DNA of 46,761 nt from Perkinsus olseni (Eukaryota). Both the position numbers and the translations under genes were made by a program. The stretch lies in NCBI GenBank assembly GCA_013115125.1, contig JABANN010000041.1:62001-108761 (forward strand), given 5' to 3'. A model generated the notes under the pieces. That model did no database searches. It worked only from the letters and a program-made list of their open reading frames with translations, and was not told where the DNA came from. This document shows positions 1 to 12,826 of this stretch, piece by piece (the first letter of the stretch is position 1; each line of letters starts with the position of its first letter).

Positions 1-886
1 ACTGGGTTGCCGCGCCTACTGCCTGACGGTGCATATGTTGTCGGTCCAGATGTCCAATAGATCTCGAGACCGCCGCATCTCCTCGACTGATAGAACAGTC
101 GTGCCCACCAGCGACCGGTCGCTGATTTGTCGCCCACTTTGCTCTTTTATCTTGCTCGGATCGGTTGCTTCGAGGGCCTCCAGATCCGCCGTCAACTTCC
201 GCCGTTTACCTTCGAGCTCTTCGAACTCCACGCGCATAGCTGCGGACTTCTCCTGAGGGAGACTTTGCGCGGCGGGGAGACACCGGCCCAGCAACACGGG
301 TCTCGTGATGGCGGGACTGACCTGCGTGACGCCGCTAGCTCCAAGGGCCGATGAGATCTCCTCCTTGCGACCTTCGGCCTCTGCCAGAGCTTCCTCAGAC
401 GACTGCAAAGAGGCTCTGGTCTTGTCAAGTCTGGTCATTAGTGCTGCCTTCTGGCTCGACGGGAGGGCCCAGTAGCTGCAGAGGCAGGAACTTAGCCGCC
501 AGACACCACTCTGGTAATTTCGAATGCTTTCAGCACGATCGAGCACAGCCGCCAGGTTCTATTTCAGTGGCCAAGAAAACGTACCCCAGTTCATGCAGGA
601 CGGCCCCCCTTCGAGCCGTACATGGGACCTACATGTTCTGCGAGCCAACTTTTTCCATGCTCACTAGGCGGTCGCCATCTACTAGATGCTGGACAACTTC
701 CTTCACCGATTGCGGTACGATACCACACCTGAGCGAGCTTCGAGCCCAAAAGGGGTCGATGGGCTCCAACTTCTTGGCTATCTTTTCAATTTCCTTGAAG
801 TTGTAAAAGCTCTGCTCGGCCATGAGTGCCTCATGAAGCTTCGCTTTCTTCTGGTCGAGGCTCAAACCCTTCGCTCGTTTCGGCAT
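1..886 (-). CDS. MND1: Meiotic nuclear division protein 1 (Hop2-Mnd1 complex); multi-exon, 3' end runs off the window
   Basis: Spliced translation MPKRAKGLSLDQKKAKL...FYNFKEIEKIAKK-CGIVPQSVKEVVQHLVDGDRLVSMEKVGSQN-IYWALPS...EATDPSKIKE...IWTDNI. This matches the Mnd1 pattern KGLS..EK / GI..QSVKEV.Q.LVD / N.YW.FPS / DP / WTDNI. GT-AG introns present, e.g. 476-632. Confidence 0.9.
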
Positions 887-1100
887 CGTTTCGGTGACAC
901 GGTAAGAAACAGGAACTGCTTTCGGGCCATCTCCGGACGAATGCAGTGCATCCTCTGCAAGCACGGTAAGTCGATTGTGTCGAAGTAGCTACGATCATCC
1001 TGAATAATTTCCTGCATTCGAGCCCTCCTCCACCATCGCTGTGATTTACCAACAAACGTCGGGTAAAGAAGCTCACCGAAACTGGAAACAGAAACGTTTG

Positions 1101-2727
1101 TCATGAATTTGACGTAACAGAGTGGCCGTAGAGCACTCCTCTAAGATACGCATGCTGTGAATGCTTCTGACTAGGCCAGCTGTCCCATCTGATATGCCGT
1201 ACGTCGTACCCTAGCCGGGTGAGCAGACGGTGCTTCAGCTCGGTCGTCACCGTCGGGCGCTCCGTTCTGAAGCAGCAGGCACTACTTCCAGTAGGCGAAG
1301 AGGCCCCCCCCGCGCTACCCGTTTATGAAGTGTCGGGGCCCGTCGATCTCAAGTAGCTTCCTCGAGTTGGAAATGACAACATCGATTAGGTACGGCTGTT
1401 GTAGCGCTACCTGACGGCAAGCGGTGGTCATCCGCTCCTCGAGGGGACCCGTACCTCCAGAGTATGCGACACTTCAAGATCGGAGAGCTCTCGGGACACC
1501 ACCAAGTGCTGCTGCGAGGACATGGTCGGCAGGGCATCGTACTGATTGTTGACGCGAAGCTGACCAGACATGTTGCGACTCTACGCCCGCGGATCTCCCT
1601 CTACCCACCTGCGAGACCACAGCCAGAAAACCTCGTGCTCTCTGACTGAGAGCACACCACAGCAGCGGACGCTCCAGTCTTATATGCAGCTCGATAACGC
1701 AGAGGTTGATTTGGCAGTACGTGTCCAGTCTCGACGGACCCACCCCAGACTGAGCCAAGTACTCCACGACAGCTCCAAGCAAGCGCTCTTTCAGGTCGTA
1801 AAGCTCCTGGCCATCTCCATCCGAGCGATACTGGCACACTAACGGTAACATGAGGTGGTTAAGGGTGTCCACCAGCGGCTTCGTTGGTTGGGCGGGCCAC
1901 TTGGGGACCTCCGAAGCTACTGAATGCATCATTATGTAGAACCGATGATGATCCTCGAGGCCGAGCTTCGTGCAGATTTGGAGCAGGACAGCCAGTCTGA
2001 AGGCGCAGATCTCGCCCTGTTGTTCATGCGCCGCGGCTGCATCTACTAGTCTACCCAGGACTTCCCGATCAATACGGACGCTCAGGTTGCCCATGACGCC
2101 GAGGAGAGCACGGAAAGCTGCGAACTGGTTGTCGTCGTCGCCGAGGACCATCGCCCGACGTGCAAGAGTAGCCGCCAGCTCGTTGTCGAAGATGCCGACT
2201 TTCTTGTACGCCCCGCAAATTGCGATGATCTGATATGACCGCATCTGACCAGTACGCTTCGCCAAGGCTGGGAAGGCAGCCTCGAAGACATCAGTCATGC
2301 CAGTCTCGTGCTCCCGGACGCCTAACGTGGCGAGGGTGCTGAGGAGCCTCGCGAGGTCCCGGCCGCTGGCTTGCTCCAGCAGCTCCTCCTGCCGGATTAG
2401 CACCCGGCGAGCCAGCTCCCGAGCTCCCTCTCTGTCGTCGTTCTGTGCGAATGCGAATAGCAGGCGTATGAGGTCGGGCACGGGTAGCCGCAGGAGGTGA
2501 CGAGAGGCCCAATCTCGACAAGTAGTGAAGTACTGGTCCACCTTGCTCCTCTCTGATACTTGCGCAAAGGCGGCGTCGCCCATCGCCTTCATCGGACATT
2601 TTCTGCCGCTTTCTTCGAACTGCGTAAGATGCGCCGAATTCAGGCAACACAAGCCAGGCCAACACGATGCCTTCATCCCCAACGGGACCGCCGCATGACG
2701 ACACGCTGATACCACAGGTAGTGGCAT
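1101..2727 (-). CDS. RAP-domain helical-repeat RNA-binding protein (FASTK-like, probably organellar)
   Basis: Long helical exon (ORF 1474-2727) plus three short GT-AG introns gives PYLIDVVISNSRKLLEIDGPRHFINGTERPTVTTELKHRLLTRLGYDVRHIRWDSW, the RAP motif. Stop at 1101-1103. Start codon uncertain. Confidence 0.85.
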
Positions 2728-2855
2728 CTTGAAAAACCTGACGGCAGGAGGACTCCTGCGTTACCCCACACGACACTTCCCCTGAGCATGTGGATAGGAG
2801 GACTGCATTAGGCATGTTGAACGGTCAGTGATAGAGTTGTACAAAAAAACGAAAA

Positions 2856-4520
2856 TTATCTCTGAGCTCCTAAAATCTCTCGTAGCGGTGCCATCCGACC
2901 ACTCCGAAGTTTTGCTATGACGGTACCGTGAATAACCTCGCACTCCACTCGGAATGCACCTAGGGAAGTCTCGAACTCCCCTCCTAGGATTTCAGGCTTA
3001 CCCCCGATCAGGTAATGGTGGCTACCCGCGGCTCGGCTGGTGGGCGTGCGCTCAACAGAGGGGACAGCCACGCCTTCTGACCGAAGGGCCTCCACCAGCT
3101 TCTGCACGGCGTCGTCAACCTGACCACAGACTGTCGGCCTTCCGAGGGACTAAACGTACTCGATCGAGTGGTCTCATGGAAGGCTGAGACGAAGGAGTCG
3201 CTGGCTGTGACTTTGACCAGTTACGGTGGCTGAAGGCCCCAATAAGCAGACCGTGGGGGGAATTCTGAAAAGGGGCAGCTGACGGCCGACTGAGCCTGTC
3301 TGAATCATCACATCCTTGTCCTTCCGAGCATGCTTCGTCTTTATGGCTGTACGAATGTAAGCGTTCTCCTCAGCGCTGATGATGCCGTCACTCAGTATAC
3401 TATCGAACTCGTCCGGTATGAGCACCGATGGCAGCGAGTCATTCAAGCCGCTGTTGTGCAACATAGTGGGTCGACATCCTCCCTCGACCTGCCATCAAGG
3501 GACCCGCCTTTCACTACGATGATCCGACTCACCCCACCGCCATTTTCGTCCACTCCGCTGGACGGCCATCCAGCAGGGGTATCAGTGACAGCATAGTACC
3601 CCGAGAGGCCAGAGAACGGGTCAACACCTACCACACCACCCCGACTTCACCGAGAGACGTACCCTCCGCTCACCAAAACGAAGGTTGTATCGCTGTGCAA
3701 CGCTCTGCAAATGACGCTTGGCCACTTCAAGCTCCCTTGCAGTGGCGCTGAGCCGGCGTTCCTAACACGGCGGCTATTCAAGCACTCGGAGCAACTACCC
3801 ACTTTATCGAGAATGTCTCGGTTGAGTGTGAGTAGCATAGCGTCCTTCTCCGCCACCGCAGCATCGGCTACCCGCAAACGCGCCTCCAACGCCTGAGAGG
3901 AACCACGCTCGTCCTAATGCGAGGTTAGAGGAATTCCCGAATCACTTGGATCTGCTTGTCTCGACTGGCCACGGCGTCCTTTATCTGCTGCTTATACCGC
4001 TCCTCCAGGTCCTTACTGCTCGCGCTGTCACCAGTGGTGGAACACGACAGGGAGACTGTGCCTGCTAGCCGCGGTCAGTTTCCCCCTTCAACCACTTCAA
4101 CGTGCCAAGCTGCAACGACATGCTTGACTCCAACGCAGACATCTATTCCACCATGATTTCGTCATTTTGTGGTACTGATCGCCGAGGGACGATCGCAATA
4201 ATCAACCCGACGCAGCCAGGAAAGACCGTGCAACGCACAAGAACCATCAATGCTCGATAGCCCTACTGAGTGAAGCTTGCCGCCTAGCGTCCACGGTAAG
4301 AGCACGCCGGCATCCTGTCTTCCCCATGGACTTCCTCTTGTCCTCCAGAGAAGTCTCATGTGTGCGTACCTCGCCGTAACTACCGTACGTAATATGCCCC
4401 CCAAGCAGCTGCTGCACTCACCTCCGCATCGAAGGCCTCTATGGACTTGTTCGTATACATCAGCCGGGCTAGATTCGCCGACGTTCGAGGTCGCTTCTCG
4501 ACAGTGCTGCCTATCGACAT
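2856..4520 (-). CDS. Multi-exon coiled-coil protein with possible C-terminal GAS2/GAR-like domain
   Basis: GT-AG-bounded exons encode heptad-like segments (KDLEERYKQQIKDAV, ALEARLRVADAAVAEKDAMLLTLNRDILDK). After removing intron 2960-3001 the C-terminus reads HHYLIGGAFRVECEVIHGTVIAKLRSGRMAPLREIL. The 5' exons are not fully resolved. Confidence 0.5.
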
Positions 4521-4940
4521 AGGGCTTACTAACAACACTATAAAACTACTCTACAACTCTGAATACAGACAGGCGATCTCGAGAGTCGGCTATTTCAGCC
4601 CGTCTAATGGTCTTTACACTCCAACCGTATTTCACCCAAGCCCAACTTCATGTACGGCAACCGCTGGGCTGACTGAACTCAGGTCACAGCGGGGATCAAC
4701 AGAAAATATGCAAGCGGTTGGTAATAAGAAAGTGGCACAACGAGTAAACACTACAAAGGCACATCCCAATGGGACGACAGTTGAACAAACATGAACAGGG
4801 AAAACAAGCCAGGGTATATGGGACGAGTGACAGCGCCTTGCCATCACAGGATTGCCTTCGCCAGAGCAGAGCTAGTATCTAGGAATGGCGTTCTGTCCAT
4901 GCATCGATCACTATCGAAAGCTCCTACGAGGCGCAGTCTA

Positions 4941-7854
4941 TTAGCCAGCAACGTTCTCTCGCGATGGAAGTTCTTGCCGTGAAATTTTACCCAAGCCGAG
5001 CTGCGGCACGCCGTCAAAGAAGAGTTGAGCGTCAACTACCGACCACTGCTTGCCACAGATAGCATCACTCCACCCCCTCCCCTCATACAGGAATCGACAA
5101 GCCTAATCCTACCTGATTGGGTTTCTGCCCCCTTCCCTGCAACAGGTCCATGACCAGCCTCCGTAGATGGGGTAGTGGCAGCTGTTGTAGCGGGAGTGAC
5201 GACGATCGCCTCGACGCTACTCCGCTTCGGTGTTTCCGATGCGCTGCTGGACTGTGTCTCTATGGGCTCGATGGCAGCATCAGCCTGCCGTGTGTCTGCT
5301 GTTCCCTGGCTGGACGATACACGGCTGATCTCTTCTCCTGAAGGAGCGGCGAGGGGGCCCTCAGCAATCTAAAAAGCAGAATCCATGAACGCTCAACGAC
5401 TGGCCGTGAGCCTCGGCCCTCCTTGGGGAACGACAACAAGTTTCACGATCCGACAGGCAGCTGCCTTACCTGGGCCCTAAGCCCTTGCAGCTTCTCCTCC
5501 ATATTCCACTTCTCCTCTAGTGCCTACAGCAGGGCAGGGAAGCGAATTACCATGGTGTTGAACGACCGGCAGCTGGCATCACCTCATTGAGATGAGTCCA
5601 CAGCTCATCATGCTGCTGTTGGAGCTTTCTAAGCTCTTCCCGAAGTCTCTCCACCTCACCGTCAACCTAACCAAATCCCCCAGCACTGACGGTAACGAAG
5701 CGGCAGGCTGGTGATGAGCACACCGACGGTTGACGAAGCAACCGGCAAAGATGTGGCAAATGACAATACGCATCAAACCACACTCATTCGGATTAAAAAA
5801 AACAGGGAAGAACAGCGGTAACCCCTATACCACGTTTTCTCTCTGTAAGACTCTGTTTTCTGCGCTAGAACGCTGGGGGCTATACCACATTTCCATCAAC
5901 TCTCACTACTGAAAACGCTACTAGTCGAGTTAGAGAATCTAAGCTTCCCGTCTGTAATTCATAATACCAAGGGATTGTAATAATATTCTCTGAGGGATCC
6001 ATAACAGTAAAAGTTCATTCCGCGAAGAGAAATAAAGACTTCCATACCAACGACCCTACCTCAGCACCGGCTTCTCCTCCCTCCTTGCCCTCCTCGTAAT
6101 CCTTGAGATCAGCCCTGAGCCCAGATAGCTCCGCCTCCCTGACCATCATAACCACCAACTCATCCAACACCCCCACCACCATCATAACCGCTCACATACC
6201 GACTTTTCAGCTGCTGCTTTAACTCCACATTCTCCTGCGCCAAAGCTTGGATAACTCCTGCAAGATACTACGACTGCATCCAGCCTGCCGTCGCCAACCC
6301 GTCCATGTACCGCGTGATCCCTCCGATGACCCATCTTCATCCATACCCCTCCTCTTTTGAAGCTCCTCTCTAAGGTCAGCGTTTTCCCCCTCCAATCGCT
6401 TTGCCCTGGCCAGCAGCTCCTCAACACGTTGCTTATCCTCGTCAGGTTCTATGCCACAACTCACTCCCAACAACCATCGCCAATCGCACCTACTGGTGTC
6501 CTGCTCATCGCCATCATCGCCAGCAGCAACAGGAGCAGGTTGACCATTGTGCCTTTGCAGAGTGTCGAGCTCTTCTTGCAGCTTCTCCACTTGCTGACAC
6601 AGATCGTCTCTTTCCTGTTAAAACTCCCATACATCTGGAAACACGGGCGAAGCAAGCTCTCCGGTTTACGTCAATAACAGCGTCCATTTCGTTCTGCATC
6701 TCCTCATTGGTGTTCAGCAATGTGTCGTATACCTCGGCAGGGTCCTCGCCATACCTATCAATAAAGACCGTGCATTTTCGATAGGTAAAACAGGTATTTT
6801 GTCGTTCCTTCGCCATTAATTCATCTACAGGATAGTTTCCAACACCAACTCCAATTCCCTCAATTGCCAACGACCGAGAGTCGCCTACGAACCCTGGGCT
6901 CGGAATCCATCCTGTTCGTTTGTAATTCGTAATTCTTAATTTTATCTCCGTAGATTTAGATCTTAACTTTATCTCCATGTTAAAGTATGCGATGCTGCTG
7001 TCCCTCCTACCGATCGCCTACACTTTTTTCACAAGCTTCATCATCTCAGCCTCCTTCTGCTTCGATCCATTCCTCTCGGTCAACAACTTCTTCTCCAGCG
7101 CTAATTTCTGGTCCAGGTCCTCCTGGAGGTACCTACGAGAACCAGGTAGCTCGACCCGGCCCATGCTGTTCATAGAGCATATCATGAGAGATGCCTGGAC
7201 ATGACTGACAATGCTGAGCCAGCCGCTCATCAATCGCCAAGGCAGGTCCGCCACAGTCGCCTTACGCTATATCGTTTCGCATGGCATCCATATCTGCGTT
7301 CGCAGAGCGTACTTCCTCCTTAGTATTCTGTAACTGAGGTGGCACTCGATCCCTCTTACTCAATTACTGCTTAGCTGAAGGGCGACTGAGTGTGACGATG
7401 TGTGATCGCTGTTGCTACTGCATAAATGTTTCACTCAAAAAAGGAACTGTGTCGGGGTTCGCTCAGCGGCCTTCTCGAGAAAGGTGTTAAAGAGCCCCAG
7501 ACTCACTTCTGTCTGTATCCTCGCCACCTTCTTAAGATACCTCTGAACCTTCCGCAGCAGCCGCCGTATCGCTACTGGATCGGACACATCAGCCATGTCT
7601 ATCGCGGACGCCAGGTCCGAGTTCTGAGTCAATACACAGTTCCATGCGCCCTCTACCGCATCGTCTACCTCATTCTCACAGGGCATCGGCGGAGTGCTGC
7701 CCTCATCACTATAAGCCAGCTGGTCATAGTACCGCTCCGTCTGCTGGCCTCCTGGCTGCTGTGCGTAAGCCTCCAGCGGTATGTACATCTGACGACTTCC
7801 AACCTCGCTGCTACTGGGCGGAGCAGGGTCACCTTCACTGGCCTCTCCAGACAT
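4941..7854 (-). CDS. Multi-exon acidic coiled-coil hypothetical protein
   Basis: Exons MSGEASEGDP...RRLLRKVQRYLKK, YLQEDLDQKLALEKKLL, YGEDPAEVYDTLLNTNEEMQNEM, EKLQEELDTLQ and VDGEVERLREELRKLQQQHDEL, each flanked by GT/AG. Ends approximate; it may be joined to the upstream block. Confidence 0.55.
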
Positions 7855-7979
7855 CAGCTATAGAAATGCCAAAACTGTAGCCCCCACCCCATACCATAGC
7901 AAACCGCACTAAAACACAACTTCGCTCCGCCCGACGGCTTCAAGATAACCCCGGTAGGGATCAACGAACGTGGTGATTC

Positions 7980-9973
7980 ACCCTGCCAGACCGCCTTATG
8001 AGTACATGAGGTAACAGACTGTTGAACTTAGCCCGCTTGAAGGGCATCATCTGACCACAAGGATATCCCCAGAAGCCAACCGTGGTGATGAACTTACCTG
8101 GTAAATGGAGGGGTGTGTATTGGTCGAGGCCTCAGACACCCGGTCGAGCAATGCGCTGCCTTCGTATCTTAAGAGTAGAATCTTACATCAACGCCAAGTA
8201 CCACAACTCTCACTCTTCCTGCTGCTGTTGCCGCCGCTGACGACATCGCAATCGCCTGACAGCTCCCTGCCTCACGCCAGCATCCCAGGACTCAAACCAC
8301 TCATCAAGCCACCAGGTGCAGCCATCAACAGTATCCCTGAAAATAGAGCAGGCCCAGACTCCTCGCCGTACACTCCCCTGATGATCCCCCACCCCCTAGA
8401 CACCACTCCAAGGCGTCTCTATTGCGTTACGCTACTCGCGATTGGACTAAAAGCCTTCTTTCGTCGTGGAGTTCACAAGCAATGACGATCTACTGCGCGC
8501 TCGCCCCTTACTCCCTTTCATCCTCCTTTCTCGTTTGCAGCAGCTGACTCCTTGCTCGCGGCAGGATACTAGGCAGTCTCCTTATGCCGCCGTTCAACTT
8601 CAACGGGCTACGACCCCATAGGCTTTCGTCCACCACAGGCCCGCTCTGAAAACCAGGACACACTCAGCGGCGACGCAGTCGTTAACACGATGGAGATACC
8701 GAGAGCAGCAGCCCCGACCATGACCAACTACCGGCAGTCACCATCAGCCCGCTAGGGACCTCCGAAAGAGGCTTGATAACCCTTATCACCAAACTCACCT
8801 GCTCTATAAAGGTGGTATAATCCGCCAAAGGATCATCTCGTTCCAGGCCCCAGGAACTCGAGCCCGCTTCGAAGACCGAGGAGCATGATCGCAGCCACCC
8901 CCTACAGTGCCACAAGGGCTTGGGGAGGCACACTCACCAACCGCTCACTTCTCTGCGCTCTTCGCCTTGTCCAAATTTGAGACTTCAAAGCTGCCGCTCG
9001 TTCGTTCCTCAGGCTTCACGTTCAAAAACCTACAAGTCTCCTCACACTCTGCCAACCACCAGCTGACTCACCCAGCCTTCACCAACAACGCTTGCGTCTC
9101 TCTCTTTCTTGACATTGTCGCCTCCTCCCGCTCACCGCAGCTCTGATATTTTCCGTACTTATACCCCGCCAGTTGTGGGCACTTCTCCCTCTTCAAAAGG
9201 TGCCACTTGTAATTCCTCCATCGCTCACCATCCTCCTCAATCTTGGTGGGCCTCTCAGGCGTTCGGGCTACCCTTGACGACTCCTACCGAGTACCGGAGT
9301 GTAGCTGCCACAGCTTTGACTGCTCACTCGCGATGCTAGCTCCCATCGTGGCGACCTCGTCAGCTCGGCAACAGCCTCGCGAGCCTCGTCCTTGTCCAAC
9401 GCATCGGTCCGGATAAGTGGAGGTCGAGCGAGGGAGGCCCCGGGAGTTCCAAATCCCTGGTCATGAATACGTTGTCTGAGAGCAACGCCTCACCAACAGG
9501 GCGAAGATAAGCGTTCTCTTCACAGTGAAACACCCAGGCAATTCCGCGTACAACTGCTCCCAGGAACGATGAAGTCTCTGGAGATCTGAGAACCTTTGCG
9601 AATCCCGTGAAGCCCAGAACCCCTCAGGCCTCGGGCGAAATGGTAGAATACGGGAAGCTGCGAGAGATAACACGGAGCGGGACTACAATTACTGTGTGCG
9701 TGAGGAACTGATGCTCCCGAGTTCATGTTATTGAGAGCCAAAAGCGTAGATCCTGGGCCATAGCCGGCGTCCCTACCGGGGTACATCCAGAACGTTGGGC
9801 GTGTCCATCGAGCTCCACAGAAGTTTTCGGATCTCCTCAAGGCGTTCCTGTCGAACCACACACACCGGCGGCTGAATGCTCCTTCCCTCCAGCAGTCTCA
9901 CCACATTCTCTTTCGACTGCCATGGCAACCTTATGGAGAAGTCCGTAGCCTCTCTCGAGGGTCCAATCCTCAT
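7980..9973 (-). CDS. Multi-exon hypothetical protein
   Basis: Open exons with GT-AG boundaries (MRIGPSREATDF..., EDGERWRNYKWHLLKREKCPQLAGYKYGKYQ, GWLRSCSSVFE...YTTFIEQ, CTWWLDEWFESW). No family recognised; boundaries approximate. Confidence 0.4.
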
Positions 9974-10433
9974 CGGCCACGCGCCATCAAGGGCTTAACA
10001 AGAAGGACACTAACAGCTATCAGTAGGGAGGACCAGAAGAACTCAACACTCGTCTCTCCACGGTGAGAGGAACTAGAATGATACGTTAAATGGTGCTGTT
10101 GGCTCTCACCGGTATGTACAGAATGATAGGGCTATAGTAACACAAACTGCGTCAATCATAATATAAAATAGATTTCGTTAGCGACGATGATAATAATGAG
10201 CGGATGCCAAAACTAGCTGCTTCGCTCCGCTAAGAGAATGAACTTTCGGAGCACTCAGTGGCTCAAAACGGATGTAATGAATAGTCAACTTGTTTCTGGA
10301 ACTGTGAGCGAAGGAATAAGGAGACGCTAATTAGCGACCACCACCTTGGGGCTGCCTTAAGGTACTCTGTGAGTACAGCATAACAGACGATCACGGCAAT
10401 CAGCGCAGACGCACGTCCGTAACGGATGGTCCG

Positions 10434-12654
10434 TTATTCTTCGGCACTTCGCCAGGCAAAACTCAGCGGAGCGAAGCCGTATCCCGCCGCAATCAACCTA
10501 CGATGAGTCCGCGATCCTCTCCTGACTAAGGGGCGTGATTACTACTTTCTTTCCGCCTCGACCCGATGCTGGGCCTCCTTAGCCTTCCGCCGGGCTTTAT
10601 GACACGGTTGTATCCACTCCACCGTCTGCCTCGCCAACTTCTCCACATCCATGTCTCGCAGGGAGGTCTTGAAAGTGGTCACCACTCGCTCTTGGAGGAC
10701 CTCTAGAGGCGGCGACTTCACCTGGCCGGCCACAACTCACCCGCTCGAGTATGACCCTTTACTGATACCCACCTGTTTGAGCCGGCCTGGGTCCGATGCC
10801 TTTACGACATCGCTATCACGAAGTGAAGCCTTGTCCTGCTTTTGGTCCTGTTGCGGTCCATCACGCCCGCTTCCCTCCTCTTCCTCACTAAGGCAGCTCT
10901 CTATCTTCGGATATGCCAGTGATATCGATGCAAGCATCGCCGCTAACACTGCACCAGTACCTACCATACCATGACAATTTCACCAAGTACCGTAGCACGG
11001 CGGGCGTACCATCGAGGAGGAAGATGTCCCATAATCGGGCTGGGTGCATCGGCAATGACTTGGACCATAGACACAGCATCGGCTCCGCGCATAACTAAGA
11101 GCGCTCTCGCTCTCTCGTTCCCCAGCAGCGACGAAGAAGGGCTCACCCAAAGCCGGGAGATCTCCAGCCGATCAAGCATTTTCTTGACCTCCGGCATTTG
11201 CTCCCCCAAGATCTCGTCCAGCCTGGAGATGTCTCTCAGAAACCTGACACGCTCGGGTACACCTCTGATACGCCGTGCGTGGGTCAGCACCCTCTGAGGT
11301 TCTTCTTGTCATAGTAATCCCTATTGATGCCTTCAACGAAGGCCGCCAGCACCAGGAAGGCTGTCTCATCGTCCAACCCAGGCGGCGGTACAGAAAGCAG
11401 GGCGTTGACGACGAAGTTCATCCCTTGACAGTAGCCCACCGAGGGACTGAGCCCAAGCACACGTCCTCTCAAGCGGTCCCCACCAGCCCGTATTACTTCC
11501 GTAAAGCATATGCCATTAGGATGTCCCTCATCCGCGTTATGCGCTCTGTTGGTAACCCCGTTGCCGTCCTGGGTAGGTCCATCTCTATTTGACGCACTAC
11601 TCGAGAGTCTAGTGAGGCGAAATCATCACCGCGGAGCGAGGCTAGTGCTTCCGAGTATCCCAGCTTGAGGGGAGAATCTGATAACGTGCTGACTTCCCAA
11701 GCATACCACTCGCGAAGTTCCCTACGATGCAACCGTTTAGTGGCCCATATCCTCCACAGCCTAGGCCTGTACTCCACCGGCACACCAAACGCGTGGACAA
11801 GCGGTCGAAGCTCTGACCGATGTACCTGGAACATCTCTGGTTGATAGCGCAGGCCAAGACGGCTCGAATCGGTAGGGCAAGAGCAATTGGCACGATGCTC
11901 CCTTGGCCAACGGAAGCTGCGATGAAACCGACACGGAGCAGTATTACTTCTTCCAACGGTCGATCCGCTACGATTTTCTCCCACTGCCGCAGACGATCCA
12001 GATCGTCCGCGCTGGGTAACAGCGACCATTGGCCGGGCGGTGAGTCGGCTGCTGGCTCCGGCACCGCTGTGTCATCCGTGGAGTCCTCGACACTCAAAGA
12101 TTGATTCATTACCTGGCATAAGGACAGTAGGCGCCATGGGGAAATTACGACCTTACTGCAAGGGGATGACGGTCAACTATGAGCTTGAACAGGCTCTCGC
12201 CACTGAGGTCGACGAGGTTCCAATCCGAGGACACACTCGGGGACCGAGACGTGGACTCGACGGAGGAGTCCCGAGGATGCTCCGAGCTCTGTGTTGCGGC
12301 TGAGACAGAATCAACGACATGACCTCTGATTTGCTTCGTGGTCTGATAACAGGAGACCCTAGTACACGGCTGTTCCCTAGTAACAACGAACGAACGCGTT
12401 AAAGCCGCAGAGGCAGCATGAAAGCGACACGCCGCTACTGCTTCTTGCGTGGGTTCGTGACCTAAGGATACCCTGAGAGTAGTACCACGCTCGCGCCTCT
12501 CTTCAGTGTTGGCGTCTTCTTCTTCCTCGTCTTCATCCTTAGCACCCGTCGAGGGGGTGCCCAGTTTGCTCTCATTGACGTTTTGATCCAATGGATCCTC
12601 TGGTCCAAATAGAAAGTCCGGAATGGCCTTTAATGTATCTAGTAGAATGGCCAT
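10434..12654 (-). CDS. TBC-domain Rab GTPase-activating protein
   Basis: Motifs GVPVEYRPRLW, RQIEMDLPRT (IxxDxxR arginine finger), SVGYCQGMNFVV (YxQ glutamine finger) and ARLWDIFLLDG. Stop is at 10542 if unspliced, or at 10434 via a short final intron. Confidence 0.9.
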
Positions 12655-12826
12655 GGCCAAAAAACGCTGCGACGAGGCGTTTGGGCTGCCGAGCATGGTT
12701 CTTGTGCGATTATGCTCGGGCAAGATACTCCAGAGACGTGACGTTTTTACACGTGTCACAACGTAGTAACCTCCTGGACATTCCGTTCCGCGCAAGTAAC
12801 AGCCGAAGATACTTTGTTACTACCTC

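Noticed and set aside
520-600. ATGA...AAA...GA (SECIS-like) or C/D-box-like motifs in the MND1 intron
   Set aside because: The location is intronic, the boxes are imperfect and there is no supporting helix geometry. Simple hairpins explain it better.
6755-7019. ORF MEIKLRSKSTEIKLR with a 16-bp imperfect direct repeat
   Set aside because: It lies in an AT-rich intron. The flanking exons join in frame without it, and I found no TIR or target duplication.
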